Origin: a virus
Lineage: Duplodnaviria > Caudoviricetes
IMG/VR virus record: IMGVR_UViG_3300043039_000093
Location: 1-46,600 of that record
DNA length: 46,600 nt
Direction: 5' to 3' (one strand)
This document shows positions 1 through 7,682 of this stretch, piece by piece; positions within the stretch are counted from its first letter, which is position 1; every line of letters starts with the position of its first letter. A program made the position numbers and the translations under genes. The notes beneath the pieces are model-generated. The model saw only the letters and a program-made list of their open reading frames with translations. It had not been told where the DNA came from and ran no database searches.

Positions 1-127
1 AGTGAACATAGAGACGGAGCAACCTTTGTAATACCTAAGTCACATCAAGTTGAGTATGAGCGCACTGTGGTAACGCCTGGTAGTGAAGCGGACAAGAATA
101 TCACAGAGCAGCTATCCAAAATCATGA
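1..127. repeat. 127-bp terminal direct repeat, left copy (circular contig overlap)
   Basis: Bases 1-127 (agtgaacatagagacgg...aaaatcatga) are identical to 46474-46600; a reading frame runs straight through the junction. Confidence 0.97.
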
Positions 128-141
128 AGGTGGCGGTATGA
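1..141 (+). CDS. C-terminal end of the lambda P-like replication protein that starts at 45907 and crosses the circular junction
   Basis: Frame 1 reads SEHRDGATFVIPK...KIMKVAV and stops at TGA 139-141, which overlaps the ATG at 138 (ATGA). Confidence 0.85.
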   Translation, partial: SEHRDGATFVIPKSHQVEYERTVVTPGSEADKNITEQLSKIMKVAV

Positions 142-443
142 AAATTTGGGAAGTGGAGCTACGTTTCAAGTGTGATCAAACAGGGTATAGGCGGCTAATA
201 AGAAATGACAGCGAGCTTTTGCAGAAAGCTAAGACTTGGGTTGCCTCTTGCTTAAAAGACCAGCTCGATAGCGTGATTGAGCTAAACGATGATGGCTTTC
301 TTGATGCAGAGGTGAAAGCGATCCGCAGAAACACAGAGCTTATGACTAAAAAAGTTTTGGCTGCCAATAATATCGATCAACTGGTGCGAATGGATTTTTA
401 CGATCACCAAGAAATCATTGTTCATGAACGCGTTATTTTTTAA
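138..443 (+). CDS. hypothetical phage protein
   Basis: 101-aa ORF, ATGA-coupled to the upstream gene; no motif recognised. Confidence 0.7.
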   Translation: MKIWEVELRFKCDQTGYRRLIRNDSELLQKAKTWVASCLKDQLDSVIELNDDGFLDAEVKAIRRNTELMTKKVLAANNIDQLVRMDFYDHQEIIVHERVIF

Positions 444-452
444 GGATCCGGT

Positions 453-656
453 GTGAGTATGAAAACCACAAAAGGGTACAGCGTCGCAGGTCTGCAAACC
501 GCCTATCACCCCAAAGAGAATGTGTTTCGAGGCTGGTCGGGCAGATTGAGAGTAGTTGATGGGGATCCGTACTTTGATGAATATTTGAAATGGAATAGCG
601 ATGGCTCAGCGTTTAAACATGAATATGGTGATATTAATTTAAAGGATGGTAAGTGA
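453..656 (+). CDS. hypothetical phage protein
   Basis: 67-aa ORF packed in the operon, stop overlaps the next start. Confidence 0.65.
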   Translation: MSMKTTKGYSVAGLQTAYHPKENVFRGWSGRLRVVDGDPYFDEYLKWNSDGSAFKHEYGDINLKDGK

Positions 657-1000
657 TGAACAAGAACATACAAGCACTAGGTCGCATGAAGACAGGGAAG
701 ATGAACAACACTGAGAAAGCCTATGCTCATCATTTGGAGATGCAGCGTCGAGCAGGTGAGATATCTTATTACTCTTTCGATGGTATCAACCTACGGTTAG
801 CAGATAACACGTTTTACAAACCAGACTTCTTGGTGATGCGCTCAGATGGTCAGTTAGAGATACATGAAGTTAAGGGCCAGTGGACTGACGATGCACTTGT
901 GAAAATCAAAGTCGCTGCTGACAAGTTCCCTTTCAAGTTCATCGCAATTATGAAGCAAACAAAGAGAAATGGTGGCGGTTGGGATGTTCGAGACTTTTAA
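653..1000 (+). CDS. PD-(D/E)xK nuclease-fold protein (DUF1064-like)
   Basis: Motif YKPDFLV...EIHEVKG; nin-region position just before the Q-like gene. Confidence 0.75.
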   Translation: MMNKNIQALGRMKTGKMNNTEKAYAHHLEMQRRAGEISYYSFDGINLRLADNTFYKPDFLVMRSDGQLEIHEVKGQWTDDALVKIKVAADKFPFKFIAIMKQTKRNGGGWDVRDF

Positions 1001-1092
1001 CGTATAGAAAAGCATAGGTGCTAGCTAGGATTAGCACATTGCTGACAACGATGTCAATTCACATGATTACTGAAGATTAAGGTTGAGGATAA

Positions 1093-1668
1093 ATGGATAA
1101 AATATTGAGTCGACGATTTGCCACAAGTCCGCGCTTAGAGTTGCAGCATGGCGACTGGTTAAAGCAGGGTATGGGTGCTAAGACGATTAAATTCGACATT
1201 GGGCAAGGCGGTCTGCCTCCTGAAGTGAATTGGGAAGATAAGGCGGCCGCTATTGGATTAATCAAGAGCAAAACAGGTAAAGCCCTAGCTTCTCTCTTAG
1301 TATGGGGTGACAACGAGCTGTATGACTGGTCAGAGTCGTTCAATGATGTGGTTAACCACTTAGCAGCTAACATGATTAAATACTGCTTAGAAGACGACAG
1401 AGGCGCACCTAAGTCTAAATATACGCTTAATGAGTTGGCGTACAAGATGGCACGTATGACACTGCATTTTGAGCTATATAACTTGTGGTCGCTGTATTCA
1501 GTCGAAGGGCGTTTATTGTTTAGTGGTATTGATATGTCGCCAAGCACGTACAGCCATATATGGACCAAGTATCAAGATAAGATGTTAGGTGACATTGATT
1601 ATTTGATGACCTTTATCAACCAAGATGTGCTTAATTATCGATATAACTTGACCCTTGATTGCAGTTGA
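1093..1668 (+). CDS. putative late antiterminator (Q-like)
   Basis: 191 aa, RBS GAGG; last early gene, followed at once by a sigma70 promoter and tandem terminators; C-terminal helical HTH-like segment. Assignment is mainly positional. Confidence 0.6.
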   Translation: MDKILSRRFATSPRLELQHGDWLKQGMGAKTIKFDIGQGGLPPEVNWEDKAAAIGLIKSKTGKALASLLVWGDNELYDWSESFNDVVNHLAANMIKYCLEDDRGAPKSKYTLNELAYKMARMTLHFELYNLWSLYSVEGRLLFSGIDMSPSTYSHIWTKYQDKMLGDIDYLMTFINQDVLNYRYNLTLDCS

Positions 1669-1677
1669 TGCTATATT
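1648..1677 (+). promoter_or_regulatory. putative late promoter (pR'-like)
   Basis: TTGACC (1648-1653), 18 bp, TG-extended TATATT (1672-1677) at the end of the Q-like gene. Confidence 0.55.
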
Positions 1678-1718
1678 TTCTACACTGGCATTCGTTGTAA
1701 GTGAAGCCAACCCGATTC

Positions 1719-1749
1719 AGGCGTTTAGTTAATACTAACCGCCTTTTTT
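1719..1749 (+). terminator. intrinsic terminator (tR'-like 1)
   Basis: AGGCG-TTTAG...CTAAC-CGCCT hairpin plus T-run. Confidence 0.7.
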
Positions 1750-1764
1750 ATTGCCTGAGATTTG

Positions 1765-1797
1765 CCCGATGCCGGAATACCGATATCGGGATTTTTT
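1765..1797 (+). terminator. intrinsic terminator (tR'-like 2)
   Basis: CCCGAT...ATCGGG hairpin plus T6. Confidence 0.65.
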
Positions 1798-1822
1798 ATG
1801 TCCAAAATTTAGCAGGGATGCT

Positions 1823-1978
1823 ATGTGCGAACTAACTAACCAGCAAGCTTATGATTACTATCATGAGGTAACCGAGTCGTGCGCCAAAGAATATTGGCTG
1901 CAGTTCCTGAAGGACCGAGCTAATAGAGGTGTGGAAGGCGCTCAAGGTTTTGTAGATAAGATTGAGTTTTATGCGTAA
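1823..1978 (+). CDS. small hypothetical protein (51 aa)
   Basis: MCELTNQQAYDYY...; the ATG at 1823 follows AGGGA; the longer 1751 start would run through a terminator. Confidence 0.55.
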   Translation: MCELTNQQAYDYYHEVTESCAKEYWLQFLKDRANRGVEGAQGFVDKIEFYA

Positions 1979-2091
1979 TGCTAAAATAATATACTGAAAA
2001 TATGTTGTTAAAATTAAGAGTCAACAATTGAATTTCTCGTACCTAGTACCCATATATTTTCTTCAATTAATATAAAATTAAGGAAGAAAAT

Positions 2092-2298
2092 ATGAGTGAA
2101 AATAAGTATTCAATCGGAGATATTGTTAAGTTAAACGCTGGTGGACCAGATATGTCAATTTTAGGTTTTGGAGCTAGAGCCTTAAAAGAAGGTTTCCAAG
2201 GTACGTATAAGTGTCAATGGTTTGCTGGTAAGAAACTTGAGCATGGTTTATTTACTGAAGAGAGTTTATTGAAGGTGGTTGACAGCGATGAAGGTTGA
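2092..2298 (+). CDS. YodC / DUF2158 family protein
   Basis: IGDIVKLNAGGPDMSI...CQWFAG...FTEESL matches the family pattern; RBS AAGGA. Confidence 0.85.
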   Translation: MSENKYSIGDIVKLNAGGPDMSILGFGARALKEGFQGTYKCQWFAGKKLEHGLFTEESLLKVVDSDEG

Positions 2299-2554
2299 TA
2301 CAGTTGTATTGTGGATGCTGAACCTGCTTGAGAGAGATACGTGCTTGTATCAAGACGATGTGGCCGATTACCTAATAAAAAATAACGCTAACGATTTATT
2401 GAAAGAAAATGCTGATGGTAACGTTGTTCTTAACAACAATGTTTTAAATGCTTTTAAAAAAGCCACTGAAAACAATGTTGTTTGGGTTCGATCGGGATTT
2501 TACTGGAGATATAGAGTCGCTGAAGATGAGCCAGGTAGAAACGCTAGAGGTTAA
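2288..2554 (+). CDS. hypothetical protein (DUF6953-like)
   Basis: WML..LE...CLYQDDV...NADGN.VL...VL.AF...VVW...YWR.R; overlaps the end of the YodC-like gene; AT-rich. Confidence 0.65.
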   Translation: MKVDTVVLWMLNLLERDTCLYQDDVADYLIKNNANDLLKENADGNVVLNNNVLNAFKKATENNVVWVRSGFYWRYRVAEDEPGRNARG

Positions 2555-2558
2555 TATT

Positions 2559-2585
2559 AAAGCCGCCAAATAGGCGGCTTTTTTT
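2559..2585 (+). terminator. intrinsic terminator after the two-gene moron
   Basis: AAAGCCGCC-AAATA-GGCGGCTTTTTTT. Confidence 0.85.
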
Positions 2586-2633
2586 ATGTCTAAAATATAG
2601 TGCTGCCTTCTATGTTGCTACCACAAACACTTT

Positions 2634-2664
2634 TGCCCTCACTTGATTGTGCAGGGCATTTTTT
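2634..2664 (+). terminator. intrinsic terminator
   Basis: TGCCCTCAC...GTGCAGGGCA plus T6. Confidence 0.65.
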
Positions 2665-2687
2665 ATACACGCTGATTGGAGGTGAGC

Positions 2688-3251
2688 ATGTCGAAAAGAC
2701 CAATGCCTCCTAATACTGATCTACGTCCATTGATAGCAGCACCAGAGATACACGAATGGCTGCACGCTACGATACTAAATCCTGATCATGAGTGGTTCAA
2801 CGAAGACCATAGACACCTGATGGAATACTCAGTAACTGAAATAGCGTTTATGTGGGCTCAAAGTGAATACGTTAAAGCTGGTAAACAGATATTAGGCCAG
2901 TGTGAGAAAGTCATGATGATGGCTGGTGGTTGGAAAAAGACACGTCAGGAAATGTGGTTTGAAGACACACTGGGTGATGTGCCTGAATACTTGGTGACGC
3001 TTGATGCCAATTATTGCCGTGATTGTACAGACGCTGAGTTTGCTGCATTGGTTGAGCATGAGATTTATCACATGAGGCATAAACCAGATATTTTTGGTGA
3101 CCCATCATTTAAAGCAGACGGCAGACCACAGCTTGAATTGATTGCTCATGATGTTGAAGAGTTTTTCGGAGTCGTCAGACGATATGGCGGTGATGAAGCG
3201 GTTATTAAGATGGCTGAGTTGCAAGATTGTGAGCCGCAAATAAAATACTAA
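2688..3251 (+). CDS. phage putative metallopeptidase
   Basis: HExxH (ALVEHEIYH) and downstream HDVEEF motif; RBS GGAGG; typical pre-terminase position. Confidence 0.85.
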   Translation: MSKRPMPPNTDLRPLIAAPEIHEWLHATILNPDHEWFNEDHRHLMEYSVTEIAFMWAQSEYVKAGKQILGQCEKVMMMAGGWKKTRQEMWFEDTLGDVPEYLVTLDANYCRDCTDAEFAALVEHEIYHMRHKPDIFGDPSFKADGRPQLELIAHDVEEFFGVVRRYGGDEAVIKMAELQDCEPQIKY

Positions 3252-3283
3252 TTACCTTTACTTAGCGATACGAGAGAGCATTT

Positions 3284-3760
3284 ATGGCGACCCTTAACAA
3301 TAAGGTTAAGGCCTTTATTGTACAAGGGCTTGCTACCTATATGACCCCATCCGAAGTAGTGGAAGCTGTCAATCAAGAATTTGACGGACTAAAAGTTACA
3401 AGACAGCAGGTATCGAACTACGACCCTGGCAAAGCAGCTGCAGTTAATTTATCCCAGAAGTGGAAAGACCTATTCAAGCAATTCCGTGATGACTTTAACA
3501 ACGATATTCAGGCAATACCAATTGCTAACAAAGCCTATCGATTAAACATGCTTGATCGTATGGCGCGTGATGCTGAGAAGTCAAAGAATAGACCATTGGC
3601 GGCAAGCTTACTCGAGCAGGCAGCTAAGGATGTGGGCGAGGTGTTTACCAATAAACAGAAAGTCGATAACACATCGAGTGATGGATCAATGGCGACTAAG
3701 CCTAATGTTATTCGTTTAGTGGCTCCAAAGGTAGATGAAAATGGGCGAGCAATTAAATGA
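3284..3760 (+). CDS. terminase small subunit (DUF2280 family)
   Basis: MATL...VKAFIVQ.LA...TPS.V..AV..EF...RQQV..YDP...IPIANKAYRL; directly upstream of TerL. Confidence 0.85.
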   Translation: MATLNNKVKAFIVQGLATYMTPSEVVEAVNQEFDGLKVTRQQVSNYDPGKAAAVNLSQKWKDLFKQFRDDFNNDIQAIPIANKAYRLNMLDRMARDAEKSKNRPLAASLLEQAAKDVGEVFTNKQKVDNTSSDGSMATKPNVIRLVAPKVDENGRAIK

Positions 3761-5006
3761 TGAAGTCTATGCTGACATAACGATACCACCAAAACTTATA
3801 CCAGTATTTGAATCTAAGTCACGCTACAAAGGTGCTTATGGTGGCCGTGGTAGCGCTAAGACACGTACATTCGCATTAATGACAGCCGTAGAGGGTTATC
3901 GACTAGCCGAAGCAGGCGCTAGCGGCATAATCCTATGCGGCCGTGAGTATATGAACTCACTTGAAGAGTCATCGCTTGAAGAGATTAAACAGGCAATACG
4001 CTCAGTTGATTGGCTTAATGATTACTATGAGATTGGCGAGAAATATGTTCGCACTAAGAATAGGCGTGTTGCTTATGCCTTTACTGGTCTACGTCACAAC
4101 TTAGATAGTATCAAAGGCAAGTCACGCATACTGCTCGCTTGGGTAGATGAGGCTGAGAACGTCAGTGAAAAAGCGTGGCAGAAACTACTACCTACCGTTC
4201 GTGAAGATGATTCAGAAGTTTGGATAACTTGGAACCCTGAGAACGAGGGTAGCGCCACCGACAAACGCTTTAGAAAGAAGTACAACGAATTCATAGTTGA
4301 GTTGAATTACAGCGACAATCCATTCTTTCCAGATGTACTTGAGCAAGAGCGACTTAATGATCAAGAAAACCTTGATGATGCAACCTACTGCTGGATTTGG
4401 GAAGGTGCTTATCATGAAGCATCTGATGCCCAAATATTTAACGGTAAGTTTGTCGTCAAAGAGTTTGCGAGACACCCAACATGGAATGGTCCATACAACG
4501 GCTTGGATTTTGGATTTTCTGCCGATCCAACGGGCGCGACAAACTCATGGGAAAATGACGGCATTCTTTATATCGAACATGAGGCGTGCAAGGTTGGTCT
4601 TGAGATTGACGACACGCCAGATTATTTGAAAGACAATATACCAGGCATTGAGAATTATGAAGTAATAGCTGATAACGCTCGACCTGAATCAATAAGCTAT
4701 CTAAAGCGTAACGGCATACCAAAAATTAAGGCCTGCGTTAAGGGCAAGGGTAGTGTTGAGGATGGTATTGCTCACCTCAAAGGTTATAAGCAAATCGTCA
4801 TACATCCTCGATGCGTAAAGACCGCTCAAGAATTTAGATTATACAGCTATAAGACTGACCGATTAAGCGGTGAGATATTGCCGGAGATTATCGATAAGCA
4901 TAACCATTTGATTGACTCACTAAGATATGCACATGAGCGCACTATGAAGCGTGGTGCTAACACTAAACGACATAGAGCCACTGCTGGCAAACGGACGTAT
5001 AGATGA
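3735..5006 (+). CDS. terL: terminase large subunit, PBSX family
   Basis: Walker A YGGRGSAKT, Walker B WVDEAE, TWNP motif, nuclease motifs GLDFGF and NHLIDSLRYA. Confidence 0.95.
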   Translation: MKMGEQLNDEVYADITIPPKLIPVFESKSRYKGAYGGRGSAKTRTFALMTAVEGYRLAEAGASGIILCGREYMNSLEESSLEEIKQAIRSVDWLNDYYEIGEKYVRTKNRRVAYAFTGLRHNLDSIKGKSRILLAWVDEAENVSEKAWQKLLPTVREDDSEVWITWNPENEGSATDKRFRKKYNEFIVELNYSDNPFFPDVLEQERLNDQENLDDATYCWIWEGAYHEASDAQIFNGKFVVKEFARHPTWNGPYNGLDFGFSADPTGATNSWENDGILYIEHEACKVGLEIDDTPDYLKDNIPGIENYEVIADNARPESISYLKRNGIPKIKACVKGKGSVEDGIAHLKGYKQIVIHPRCVKTAQEFRLYSYKTDRLSGEILPEIIDKHNHLIDSLRYAHERTMKRGANTKRHRATAGKRTYR

Positions 5007-6520
5007 ATGATATAACTGAAAAGCCGCGTTACCGTGTCACAGCAGGTAAGGCGCTAAGCCAAGAGCAAGCAACTGACCTACGAGGTAAGACTTTTTACCG
5101 TTACCTGATCCGTACTGATACTGACGAGATTCTTAAGAAAGCGGGTGTCAGTCGTCATGCGCTAAAGACATTACTTACTGACCCAGACATTGACCAAGCG
5201 ATTGATAGACGTGAAGAAGAGTTAGGCAATGCGACTTATACAATTACACCAAGTGAGGGCGCTGTTGCTGATTTTGTCTATGAGCAGCTAGACCTACATC
5301 TTGGAACGATATTGCAAGGATCATCGCTTAGTAAGTGGTACGGCTATGATGTGATTGAAATGCTATGGGGTAAGGATAGCAGTGGGCGTAATGCAGTCAC
5401 TACAATGATGTCTAAGCCTATTCAGTGGTTCGAGCCGCTATCTGGCGGTGCACTACAATGGTTCCCGAACGATGGTAGTCAGCCGGTCATGATTAGTGAT
5501 CAGAAAGATTTCTACTATCGCTATCTATATCAGCAGCATAAGCCAACATATCTAAACCCTAAAGGCAAATCATTATTAAGCCGTGTTTACTGGCTGCACT
5601 ACTTCAAGACCAACGGCTGGCGTTTTTGGTCTAAGTTCTTGGAGCGTTTCGGTTCACCTTTGCTTATTGGTAAGACTGATGCAACCAGTGAAGAAGATGC
5701 GCAGAAATTTGCAGATGCAGTACTTGCTGCACACAACTCAGGCGTCGTCACTATCAACATTGACGAAGACGTGACAGCTGTTACTGGTGGCGGTAATGGC
5801 GAGGCATTTGTTAGCTATGACTCAGTAGTTAAGCAAAGTATTACGACTTATTTGCTAGGTCAGACGCTTACCAGTGGTACGGACAAAGGCGGTACTTACG
5901 GCCAAGGTGTCGTTCACCAAGAACAGCAAGAGATTATCTTTAGCAGCGACCGTAAGCATGCGCTCAAAGCCGTTCAACGATTCATCGATGTTATCTGTAC
6001 GGCTAATGGATTTGAAGCGCCTGAGTTTAAATGGGTGGCTAAGAAGTTTATTAATCAAGAGCAGTTAGACGCTGATAAGAAAGCGCATGATATGGGTGTG
6101 AGGTTCACCAAGTCATATTTTGTTGATGAGCATGGCTATAACGAGCAGCATATTGCTCATATGGACTATGGTGATGGCGCTATCAAATTGCCAACATCAG
6201 CACAAGCCAATCGTTATACGTCGATGGCTAATAAAACGTGGCTGCCATTTAAAGCAGCTGACAGTGACGGTGAGTTTACTGACGAACAACAAGAGCTTGA
6301 ACAGGTGGCAGATGATGCGCTAGATTCGAGCGTACAGCCGTTTGAAACTAATGCGGTGCTATCAGCTATAAGTAACGCTACGGACGCTGACAGCTTACGT
6401 GAGTCGCTATTTAACCTATGCGGTGAAGGGTTGGCTGATAGCGAGTTTACTCAGTTGGTTAATACTGCAATACAGGTCGCTGATGTGCATGGTTTCGCTG
6501 ATGAATCGAGTGAGGTTTAA
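5003..6520 (+). CDS. portal protein (DUF935 / Mu gp29-like)
   Basis: W.KFLERFGSP...GK and LLGQTLTS...G.YGQG.VH motifs; follows TerL. Confidence 0.9.
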   Translation: MNDITEKPRYRVTAGKALSQEQATDLRGKTFYRYLIRTDTDEILKKAGVSRHALKTLLTDPDIDQAIDRREEELGNATYTITPSEGAVADFVYEQLDLHLGTILQGSSLSKWYGYDVIEMLWGKDSSGRNAVTTMMSKPIQWFEPLSGGALQWFPNDGSQPVMISDQKDFYYRYLYQQHKPTYLNPKGKSLLSRVYWLHYFKTNGWRFWSKFLERFGSPLLIGKTDATSEEDAQKFADAVLAAHNSGVVTINIDEDVTAVTGGGNGEAFVSYDSVVKQSITTYLLGQTLTSGTDKGGTYGQGVVHQEQQEIIFSSDRKHALKAVQRFIDVICTANGFEAPEFKWVAKKFINQEQLDADKKAHDMGVRFTKSYFVDEHGYNEQHIAHMDYGDGAIKLPTSAQANRYTSMANKTWLPFKAADSDGEFTDEQQELEQVADDALDSSVQPFETNAVLSAISNATDADSLRESLFNLCGEGLADSEFTQLVNTAIQVADVHGFADESSEV

Positions 6521-6523
6521 ACC

Positions 6524-7321
6524 ATGACAGTAACAGCAGCATTTGACGTAAAGTTCATCGAAGCCATTGCTTACGCTTTAAACCGTAACGTGGTTTTACC
6601 AGATGAGTACTACGACCGCATGACACCAATACAGCGTCAGCAAGCGGTATCTATCGCAGGGCTTGGGCAGACTGAGCAGATTAAGCATGTGATGGGCTTG
6701 GTCAATGATCAACTCGATAGTGGCGGTACATTTGCAGACTTTCAAAACGCTGTAAAAAAAGGTGACATTGATATCAATCTACCAAGGCATCGGCTAGACA
6801 ATATCTTTCGTACTAACATTCAAGGCGCTTATGGCCGTGGTCGATGGTATCAGCAGCAGCAAAACAAAGATGAGCGCCCTTATTTGATGCGTGACGGTAT
6901 CAATGATATTAGACAGCGCCCAGCTCACAAGGTGCTAGATGGTGTAGTCAGGCATATTGATGATCCATTTTGGCAACAGCACTATGCTCCTGATGGGTAT
7001 CGTTGTCGTTGCATTATGCGTTCGCTGACTGAATCTCAAGCTCAAGCGAAAGGCATTACCGATGATGGCAACTTGCCAAACGTGCCAAACGATAAAGATT
7101 GGATTGGTGGTACTCCTGCACAGTACACGGGCAACATGAACAAGCTAGTCAATGACAAGATAGCCGAACTCGCTATCACGTACTACAAGCAGTCAGATGC
7201 GATTTTGGCAGCAAGACAGCGTATTGAGGCGGCTATCACAGTGATGTTGGCACAACCAGTGCCGGAGCTTGCTTTGATGATTGATGAGGCTAAAGAGCTG
7301 ATTGAGGAAGAAAGCGAATGA
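6524..7321 (+). CDS. minor head protein (Mu F / SPP1 gp7-like)
   Basis: RLDNIFRTN..AY..GR, RPAH..LDG...DDPFW, P.GYRCRC. Confidence 0.92.
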   Translation: MTVTAAFDVKFIEAIAYALNRNVVLPDEYYDRMTPIQRQQAVSIAGLGQTEQIKHVMGLVNDQLDSGGTFADFQNAVKKGDIDINLPRHRLDNIFRTNIQGAYGRGRWYQQQQNKDERPYLMRDGINDIRQRPAHKVLDGVVRHIDDPFWQQHYAPDGYRCRCIMRSLTESQAQAKGITDDGNLPNVPNDKDWIGGTPAQYTGNMNKLVNDKIAELAITYYKQSDAILAARQRIEAAITVMLAQPVPELALMIDEAKELIEEESE

Positions 7322-7404
7322 ATAAATCACGAATACTCAGAGCTGTTGTGCTGTTGATAGACATAGCATTGGTCATCTACTCAAAAAGACGTAAAAGAAA
7401 ATAA
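7318..7404 (+). CDS. 28-aa single-pass membrane peptide (not in the ORF track)
   Basis: MNKSRILRAVVLLIDIALVIYSKRRKRK; ATGA overlap with the upstream stop, GAGGA upstream, terminator directly after. Confidence 0.55.
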   Translation: MNKSRILRAVVLLIDIALVIYSKRRKRK

Positions 7405-7409
7405 CCAAT

Positions 7410-7434
7410 AAGCCGCCGATTAGGGCGGTTTTTT
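7410..7434 (+). terminator. intrinsic terminator
   Basis: AGCCGCC-GATTAG-GGCGGTT plus T-run. Confidence 0.8.
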
Positions 7435-7448
7435 AATGGGTGGTATTT

Positions 7449-7682
7449 ATGATTGATGAGGATTGCAGAAACGAAGAAAGCGATATTGTCAAAGGAAGCG
7501 TTTGGCAGTTACTAGGATCAGGTTTGCTGATTGTCGTGTCGAATATAGATGACGGATGGGTTATCAAAGAGCAGCTAGATGAAAACGGTATGCGTAGAAC
7601 GCTGAGCATGGATATACCACAATTTCTGTCTTTTTATAAATTATTTTACACGCCAAAAGAGCATAAACAGGAACAACCATGA
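7449..7682 (+). CDS. hypothetical protein
   Basis: About 77-aa ORF, ATGA-coupled to the protease gene. Confidence 0.6.
   Translation: MIDEDCRNEESDIVKGSVWQLLGSGLLIVVSNIDDGWVIKEQLDENGMRRTLSMDIPQFLSFYKLFYTPKEHKQEQP

Noticed and set aside
1-127. 127-bp terminal repeat as a physical phage DTR
   Set aside because: 127 is a common assembler k-mer, the repeat falls in the middle of a gene, and the PBSX-type terminase suggests headful packaging; treated as circular overlap
1077-1568. 163-aa minus-strand ORF and similar antisense ORFs (8326-8676, 9810-10202, 15182-15592, 19198-19656, 25583-25993, 31362-31781)
   Set aside because: Each lies opposite well-supported genes and lacks motifs and an RBS
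1751-1822. TTG start for the 75-aa ORF
   Set aside because: Runs through a terminator hairpin; the ATG at 1823 has the RBS
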